Source: Nanobdellota archaeon
GTDB lineage: Archaea > Nanobdellota > Nanobdellia > Pacearchaeales > GW2011-AR1
Reading direction: 5' to 3'
NCBI GenBank assembly: GCA_030704765.1
Contig: JAUYDD010000164.1
Span: forward strand, 1 to 35,081
Length of the DNA stretch: 35,081 nucleotides
How positions within the stretch are numbered: position 1 is the stretch's first letter; each line of letters starts with the position of its first letter. A program made the translations under genes and the position numbers. The notes beneath the pieces are model-generated. The model was not told the DNA's origin. It saw only the letters and a program-made list of their open reading frames with translations, and did not search any database. Positions 29,072 through 35,081 of the stretch are shown here, piece by piece.

Positions 29072-29623
29072 ATGAAATTTTTAAGAAAAATTGCTAGGGA
29101 GCTATTATTAAAAAAAAGGAGCCCTGCAAGATACGATCTAGAAAGAAAAATCTTTCCAAAAATTAAACAAAAAAAGATTTTGCTTGTCGGTATTGCAGAC
29201 TATATAAAGAATTATCCTGATAAATTAAAAGAAAATGAGATATGGACCTTGGATATAGACCCGAACGTAGCTAAATATGGCTCAAAAAACCACATAATTG
29301 GAGATGTGTCTGTTGTAGATAAATATTTTAGTAAAAATTTTTTGGATTATATTTTTTTATGTGGAGTTATTGGCTGCGGTTTAAACGATATAATAAAAAC
29401 AGAAAAAGCCATAAATAATTCTTATAAAATATTAAAACCTAAAGGGATTTTAGTTGTAGGGTGGGATTCTGGGAATACAAAAAAATGGGGATTTAGATTG
29501 CCGCTTATGGATAATTTAAAAATAAATAAAAAATTTAATAGAACATCAAGATTTGGATTTCCAATAGGATATAAATACGGCACAGAAGAAAAATATTATA
29601 GTTATGATTTTCTTGAAAAATGA
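29072..29623 (+). CDS. Class I SAM-dependent methyltransferase-like protein
   Basis: ILLVGI (degenerate motif I), TLDID, IGD, LDYI and ILKPKGILVVG motifs. Confidence 0.7.
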   Translation: MKFLRKIARELLLKKRSPARYDLERKIFPKIKQKKILLVGIADYIKNYPDKLKENEIWTLDIDPNVAKYGSKNHIIGDVSVVDKYFSKNFLDYIFLCGVIGCGLNDIIKTEKAINNSYKILKPKGILVVGWDSGNTKKWGFRLPLMDNLKINKKFNRTSRFGFPIGYKYGTEEKYYSYDFLEK

Positions 29624-31281
29624 AATATAAAATACTGCTTTCGCTGATATTGGTCTTGCATCTTATATTTGTAGTTATATCCATGAACCAACCTTTTCAT
29701 GGAGATGAGATAATCTGGACTGAAGCTGCGAATAGCATCATGAAGACAGGAAAACCTGTTTTTGACTATGGAAGAAATAATCCTATGCACATGGCTCTTT
29801 TACATGTTCCGACAAACATGTATATCCTGAGTGTTTTTATTTACTTTTTAGGTTATAATGAAATCTCTGCGAGATTAGTCTGCACTATTTTCAATATATT
29901 AACAATTTTCTTGATTTATTTTATATCTTTGGAAATATTTAAAAACAATAAAAATAAAAGAAGTTATTCTATACTTGCAGTATTTCTTTATGCTCTTAAT
30001 CCTTTCACTATACAGAGTATGATGCTAGTGGATGTTGATCCTGGATTATTAAATTTTTCATTGGCTCTTTTTTTATATTTATATATTAAAGAAAAAAAGT
30101 ATTATTTTCTAATACCTTCCTTAATCTTGGTTTTTTTATCAAAAGAAGTCGGCCTTGTCCTATTATTTCCGGTTTTAATCCTATCCAATATTATCCCCCC
30201 TAATAAGAAAAAAATCCTTGAAACTTTTGTTTTATTTATTATTTCAATATTGATATTCCTTTTAATATGTTTAATATTTTCAAAAATTACGGGTCTAGAC
30301 ATATTTATGCCACTTAAAACAAATTTTCTAGGGCAAAAAGCTAATTTTTTTGATAAAGGAGAAATACTTATACATATCTGGAATTTTAAGAATTTTTTTT
30401 ACTATGCAACTCCTTATTTAATTTCCTTGTTTTTTATCTTTTCTATTGTATTTTATTATAAAGTTATAAAAAATATTAATATAATTAAACGAAAAGATGT
30501 TCATGAGATTTTTTTAATCAATTTATTTGTATTTGCTATAATAGGATTATATATGATAAAGGGAGGAAGTGCCTGGGGATTTCCAAAATATTATATCCTA
30601 GCTATGCCTTGGATTTCGATTTTTATAGCTTTTATGTTATCAAAAAGCAATATTATTGAATATATGAAAAAGAAGCTTTATACTCATAGATTCCTTTTTA
30701 TCTTATTGATAATATTTATGTTCATCTATTTCTATTCGTATATTGGGGATCCCTTGATGCCTGAAATTGATACTTCTGTAAATAATACTGGAGTTTTTTT
30801 AGCAATAACACTTATATTAAAAAGCTTTATTCTTTATGCAATAATTCCATTCGCTGTAATATATCTCTTTTTTTATTTTTCCAGATTTAATGGCAAGATG
30901 TACATGGCATTATTGTTACTGATATTTTTTTCATATGCTTATATAGATATATTGCATACAACAGTAGATTATTCTACTTATAGCAAATACGGTGATAGGG
31001 GCATTCCAGAGGTTATAAATTATGTTAAAGAAAAAGATTTGCCAATTGAGAAAATAGCAACCCATATGCATATAGGACATTATTTAGGATTATCAAGATA
31101 TTATGAAATAACATTTAGTTATGATTATCCGGATAGATTTAAAAAAGAGATAATTGATAATCCAGAAATTGAATATTTAATAATATGGAACAGGGATGTT
31201 ATAAGAATAGGTGATAATATGAAATATTTTAAATTAGAAAAACAAATAGGAAGTTATTATATATACAGAAAAATTATATAG
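29620..31281 (+). CDS. Polytopic GT-C (ArnT/GT39-like) glycosyltransferase
   Basis: FHGDE loop, H.P, G.NEISAR, LYALNP and SKE motifs; many TM helices. ATGA overlap with the methyltransferase-like gene. Confidence 0.82.
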   Translation: MKYKILLSLILVLHLIFVVISMNQPFHGDEIIWTEAANSIMKTGKPVFDYGRNNPMHMALLHVPTNMYILSVFIYFLGYNEISARLVCTIFNILTIFLIYFISLEIFKNNKNKRSYSILAVFLYALNPFTIQSMMLVDVDPGLLNFSLALFLYLYIKEKKYYFLIPSLILVFLSKEVGLVLLFPVLILSNIIPPNKKKILETFVLFIISILIFLLICLIFSKITGLDIFMPLKTNFLGQKANFFDKGEILIHIWNFKNFFYYATPYLISLFFIFSIVFYYKVIKNINIIKRKDVHEIFLINLFVFAIIGLYMIKGGSAWGFPKYYILAMPWISIFIAFMLSKSNIIEYMKKKLYTHRFLFILLIIFMFIYFYSYIGDPLMPEIDTSVNNTGVFLAITLILKSFILYAIIPFAVIYLFFYFSRFNGKMYMALLLLIFFSYAYIDILHTTVDYSTYSKYGDRGIPEVINYVKEKDLPIEKIATHMHIGHYLGLSRYYEITFSYDYPDRFKKEIIDNPEIEYLIIWNRDVIRIGDNMKYFKLEKQIGSYYIYRKII

Positions 31282-31301
31282 TATCTTATAGGGAATAAAA
31301 T

Positions 31302-31901
31302 TTATGACCAGTCTTTTATATAGTCCATGGAAGTCATTACAGCGTCTACATCTATTCTTTCTTCATCTAAAAATTTTCTATATATCTTTATATCTTGGGG
31401 CCTTCCCCATCTTTCAGGACAGACTAAGCATAGTTTAAATCCTTCTTTTTTCAATCGGTCATATACTTCTCTTGTTAATGGAAGCTGTGTGTTTACATCT
31501 ATCCAAACCCAATCTAATAAACCTTTTTGTGCAAGAGCCATCTCAATAGGCTCTGCTTCACTAAATCTTACTGCTATTTTTTTAAATCCATCCCTTCTTG
31601 TTGCATAATAAAGAAAAGGGAATTCAACATCCAAAAGAAAATAATCTTCTATATCATATTTTTTCGCTAAACCTATCACTTGTTTTTCTATACCTGCCTC
31701 CTTTATATTGAATATTATAAAAGCATGTTTGTATTCCTTTAGATAATCCTCTAATTCATCATGATCATCTGGATTTTTTATAGAATCATGATTTAATAAT
31801 AGTCTGTCACCATATGCCCTTATATCTATTTCAACACCATATTCTTGAGGTGTTTTTTTTAGATCCTCGATTTTATTAACCCTATGCCTTATTATTAACA
31901 T
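31302..31901 (-). CDS. PLC/GDPD-like TIM-barrel phosphodiesterase
   Basis: HRVN, GVEIDIR, L.HD, NIKE, R.SE.E, WVWID and LVCPE motifs. Start placed at ATG 31901, about 21 nt below the TATA box at 31923-31930. Confidence 0.7.
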   Translation of the reverse strand: MLIIRHRVNKIEDLKKTPQEYGVEIDIRAYGDRLLLNHDSIKNPDDHDELEDYLKEYKHAFIIFNIKEAGIEKQVIGLAKKYDIEDYFLLDVEFPFLYYATRRDGFKKIAVRFSEAEPIEMALAQKGLLDWVWIDVNTQLPLTREVYDRLKKEGFKLCLVCPERWGRPQDIKIYRKFLDEERIDVDAVMTSMDYIKDWS

Positions 31902-31941
31902 ACTATTCAATATCTCCTAGTAATTATAAAGGTTATCATTT

Positions 31942-32114
31942 ATAGTAACTGAAATTAATTTTTAATTTCAGTTCCTAAATATAGTGAAAAACATAAATAA
32001 CTGAGCAAAAATTTATGTTTTTCCCTGGATAGTCAAGGCATAACTGCTCAATTTTCAATGTCCTTGACTATACTAAAGGAATAAATTTTTCCGAAAATTT
32101 ATTTCCTTTCCTAT
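31942..32114. repeat. Array of four tandem hairpin units with shared flanks
   Basis: Stems at 31947-31973, 31986-32023, 32029-32071 and 32075-32109. atagt precedes units 1-3 and cct follows units 1, 2 and 4. Confidence 0.75.
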
Positions 32115-32117
32115 AAA

Positions 32118-32915
32118 TCAAGCTTTTTTTATTAAAACTATTCTTCTTTGAAGAGCAAAAAATCTTGGAGAAAGGAAAACCAAGACAGAATCTAAAGTGC
32201 CTATAAGTCTTAATAATGTCAAAGGCAGCTCAATGGTTTTTGCTTTTGCAATTACTCCTCCTGAAAGTGGAAATATAAAAAACTCTGAAAAAGATTTTTC
32301 AACTATATCAAAGTAAGGCACTTCTTTATTAAATTTTTCCAAATCATCGAATAAGAGATTGGGTATTGCACAATTAGCAGACCAAAGATCATCTTTATCT
32401 GTGCAAGGAATCTTTAAGCTGTAGACATCTGCATTATAAGACCATCCTTCATGTTTCATTATCCTCAATATCAATCTCATAGCAATAGAGCAATTAACTT
32501 CTTGTATTAATAAATATCCTCCTGGTTTTAGGATCCTGTTCATTTCAGTAAAAAATTTTTTTGGATATGGAGTATGATGAATCATATTACTGCAGAAAAC
32601 GACATCATAATTATTTTTTTTTAATCGGGTCTTAAGAGCATCAACTTTTTTTTCTACCCAGGGATGATCTGCAAAATCTGTAAGCAAGAGACTGCAATCC
32701 TCTCTGATAAAATCTTTTGAAACTCCTGTTCCACAACCGACTTCAAGAACCTTATCTTTCTCTTTGATATATTTGTTCATCCAAGAAAACCTTTTGTTCA
32801 AAAGATATACTAAATTTCTTGGTTTATACTTATAATAATTCTCCCTTGCTAAGACTACATCTCCTTCATGCTTCATTAAATTTTTATTATGGCGAGACTT
32901 GTATTCTCTTAACAT
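32118..32915 (-). CDS. Class I SAM-dependent methyltransferase
   Basis: VLEVGCGTG, YDVVF..NMIHH and RILKPGG motifs. Confidence 0.88.
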   Translation of the reverse strand: MLREYKSRHNKNLMKHEGDVVLARENYYKYKPRNLVYLLNKRFSWMNKYIKEKDKVLEVGCGTGVSKDFIREDCSLLLTDFADHPWVEKKVDALKTRLKKNNYDVVFCSNMIHHTPYPKKFFTEMNRILKPGGYLLIQEVNCSIAMRLILRIMKHEGWSYNADVYSLKIPCTDKDDLWSANCAIPNLLFDDLEKFNKEVPYFDIVEKSFSEFFIFPLSGGVIAKAKTIELPLTLLRLIGTLDSVLVFLSPRFFALQRRIVLIKKA

Positions 32916-32916
32916 T

Positions 32917-33216
32917 TTATTTTTTTATGTCTGAATCTTGGATATATTCGAAATCATATATTAAAGCTATATGTGCTTTTTGAAGCTCTTTACCTAGATA
33001 TGCTGCATGATCAAGCAAAGATATATGGCCTTCATCAATAATCTTATACATAATCTCTTCAGGAGTCTTTCCTATTATAATCCTTATAATTTCATTATTT
33101 TTTAAACAATGGGCTACTTCTATTATTTTCTTTTCTCTATTTATTCTTATTAAGAAATAGCCTTTTGGATCAAGATTCCATTTTTGTTTGAATCCGTTTG
33201 CATCTATCTCTTCCAT
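32917..33216 (-). CDS. DUF4346 domain protein
   Basis: LDPKGYFLI...HAAYLGKELQKA..YIQD signature. Confidence 0.82.
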   Translation of the reverse strand: MEEIDANGFKQKWNLDPKGYFLIRINREKKIIEVAHCLKNNEIIRIIIGKTPEEIMYKIIDEGHISLLDHAAYLGKELQKAHIALIYDFEYIQDSDIKK

Positions 33217-33242
33217 GTTTATATAAATTATTCGTAATAATC

Positions 33243-33250
33243 TTTATAAA
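33243..33250 (+). promoter_or_regulatory. Archaeal TATA box (tttataaa) in a 55-bp divergent intergenic region
   Basis: 21 nt upstream of ATG 33272. Confidence 0.6.
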
Positions 33251-33271
33251 AGCTTTTAGGTATTCTAGAAG

Positions 33272-34855
33272 ATGGTAGACATAATCTTATTTCAACCTAA
33301 ATGCGGGATATGGGATATAATGGGTATAAGGGTGCCTATAGGATTATTGAGTATAGCTGCAGATCCAGTAAAAAAGGGGTATGAAACAGCCCTTATAGAC
33401 CAAAGAACTAGTATAAATTGGAAAGAAGAATTAAAAAAACAAATAAACTCAGGAGCAAAACTAGTATGCTTGACTACTATGGTTGGAGAACAGATAAAAT
33501 ACATGTTAGAGGTCTCTAAATTTATCAAATCAATAAATCCTAGAATTATCACAGTTCTTGGAGGAAGCTGGGCTCAGACAGAACCTGAAATGTGCATGCA
33601 GGATAAGAATCTTGATATTGTATGTTATGGAGAAGGAGACTACATATTATCAGAATTAATGGAATATATAAACAAAAAAAGAAAGATAGAGAATATATTA
33701 GGTATTATCTATAGAGATAAAGAAGGAAATTTAAGAAAAAACAAAGAAAGGGCTTTAATAAAAGATCTAGATGACTTACCTAAGATTCCGTATAATCTTA
33801 TTGATCTTAAAGATTATACTGCAGTGGGATTTAGAGCTGGAAAGCAATCTATATCCCTAGTATTAAGTAGAGGTTGTCCATATAGATGCACTTTTTGTTC
33901 GATTGTAAAATTTTATAATAGATCTTGGAGAGGTTATTCCTTAAAAAGGGTTATGGAAGATATAAATGAATTAGATATAAAATATAATATCAAGGATTTT
34001 TATTTCAATGATGATAATATTGCAGGCAATCCAAAAAGATTTTCAGAATTTGTAAAAATGCTTGTTGACAAAAACCGAGACTATAATTGGGGTATAGCTG
34101 GAATCAGAGCTGATACTATTTTAAGTCTTGATGAAGAAACCTTGCAAAACCTTGTAAAAAGCGGGTGTAAAAATTTAGATATAGGAGCTGAATCTGGAAG
34201 CCAAAGAATCCTAGATATGGTTCATAAGGATGAAAGTTTAGAAAAAATTAGAGAAGCAAATAAAAGACTTTCTAAATATCCTTTGATTGTAAAATACACT
34301 TTTATGGGAGGCTTTCCAACAGAGACTGAAAAAGAATTCTTAGAAACATTAAGATTCAAAAGAATTCTTGAAAAAGAAAACCCTCATGCAATAGGTCTTG
34401 TTTTTTTCTATACTCCTTTTCCAAGAACAGAAATGTTCTCCACAGCTGTGGGTCATGGATTAAATCCTCCTAAAAACCTTATTGAATGGGCTGATTTTAA
34501 TTATGACACTTGGACAAAAAAACAAGCATCCTGGCTTACAAAAAGAAAAATTAAATTAATTGAAAATTCTGTTTTTATATCTTATTTTGCTAATAATAAT
34601 CTTAGCTATAAATATCCAAATCCTTTGATGAATTTCATGTTCAAAACATATTATCCTCTTGCGAAATTCAGGTATGACAATAATTTCTATTCATTAATGA
34701 TTGAAAAAAAAGCAGCAGATGTTATTACAAAATTGAATGAAAAATATGATTTATTCAACAGGATAAAGAAAAAATCAAAAAAATTTTCTGAAATCAAAAA
34801 AATCTTTCATAAGATTTTTTGGAACATTCAAAATCTTTTAGAGATTTTGAAGTAA
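33272..34855 (+). CDS. Cobalamin-binding radical SAM protein
   Basis: PIGLLSIA, LGG, GEGD, SRGCPYRCTFC, DDN, GAESGS and PFPRT motifs. Confidence 0.92.
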   Translation: MVDIILFQPKCGIWDIMGIRVPIGLLSIAADPVKKGYETALIDQRTSINWKEELKKQINSGAKLVCLTTMVGEQIKYMLEVSKFIKSINPRIITVLGGSWAQTEPEMCMQDKNLDIVCYGEGDYILSELMEYINKKRKIENILGIIYRDKEGNLRKNKERALIKDLDDLPKIPYNLIDLKDYTAVGFRAGKQSISLVLSRGCPYRCTFCSIVKFYNRSWRGYSLKRVMEDINELDIKYNIKDFYFNDDNIAGNPKRFSEFVKMLVDKNRDYNWGIAGIRADTILSLDEETLQNLVKSGCKNLDIGAESGSQRILDMVHKDESLEKIREANKRLSKYPLIVKYTFMGGFPTETEKEFLETLRFKRILEKENPHAIGLVFFYTPFPRTEMFSTAVGHGLNPPKNLIEWADFNYDTWTKKQASWLTKRKIKLIENSVFISYFANNNLSYKYPNPLMNFMFKTYYPLAKFRYDNNFYSLMIEKKAADVITKLNEKYDLFNRIKKKSKKFSEIKKIFHKIFWNIQNLLEILK

Positions 34856-35081
34856 TCGCCTACTCCATCCTGAAGGATGGAGTTTGATCGGCGATTTTTC
34901 TGATTCGGAAATTTTTAGGATGCTCGAAAATTGAATGCAAGTAAACTACCTCATGTCAAGAACCATGGAATAAATTCCATGGCGTGTTTGGTTCTTGAGC
35001 ACGTCAGAAATTTTTTAATAAATTTCTGAGCGCACCCAAAAAACTTCTGAAAGTTTTTTAGTGTGCTCCAAAATGCCTTCT
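34774..35081 (+). repeat. Bipartite nested palindromic element, copy 3, with several nested cassettes
   Basis: actccatcc-tgaa-ggatggagt inside aatcgcc/ggcgatt; ggatgctc at 34918-34925; then cassettes tcaagaacca/tggttcttga, tcagaaattt/aaatttctga and aaaaaactt/aagtttttt. Confidence 0.82.
35020..35081. repeat. 62-bp terminal direct repeat, right copy
   Basis: Identical to bases 1-62. Confidence 0.97.

Noticed and set aside
31942..32114. CRISPR array or integron attC array
   Set aside because: There are no identical direct repeats with spacers, no cas or integrase gene, no clear RYYYAAC/GTTRRRY core pairs, and no ORFs between the units.
989..33552. Short ORFs antisense to or inside long genes (for example 989-1228, 2036-2299, 6942-7154, 15204-15464, 21260-21619, 24664-24951, 27735-28010, 31327-31608, 33292-33552)
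   Set aside because: They overlap well-supported genes, lack recognisable motifs, and have the F/L/I/S-rich composition expected from the reverse strand of AT-rich coding DNA.
1..35081. Virus or autonomous plasmid, suggested by the identical ends
   Set aside because: No capsid, terminase, polymerase, Rep, partition or integrase gene was recognised, and the gene content is typical of a chromosomal glycosylation locus.

Overview
This is a very AT-rich, gene-dense segment that looks archaeal and probably DPANN (Pacearchaeota/Woesearchaeota-like). The taxonomy is an inference from TATA boxes about 21-22 nt upstream of ATG starts, an AglH/GPT-like enzyme, an ALG5-like dolichol-phosphate sugar synthase and an aIF5A-like protein. 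It is a large surface-glycosylation locus: GT2, GT4 and GT9 glycosyltransferases, two GT-C/ArnT-like membrane transferases, a Wzx-like flippase and an NDP-sugar epimerase. It is unusually rich in tailoring enzymes: four cobalamin-binding radical SAM paralogs, one SPASM/Twitch radical SAM and four class I methyltransferase-like proteins. A tightly coupled run encodes GT2, a B12-radical SAM, a Pol-beta-type nucleotidyltransferase, an NPP-type phosphodiesterase, DUF362 and a methyltransferase. Also present are queC, a nucleoside 2-deoxyribosyltransferase, a P-loop kinase, two enzyme fusions and a half-length aIF5A. The intergenic DNA carries a family of co-oriented, covarying TRAA-loop hairpins resembling IS200/IS605 ends, assembled into nested, modular palindromic cassettes. 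The first and last 62 bp of the window are identical, and a hairpin begun near the right end is completed by the left end. No transposase, replication, rRNA, tRNA or CRISPR features were recognised.
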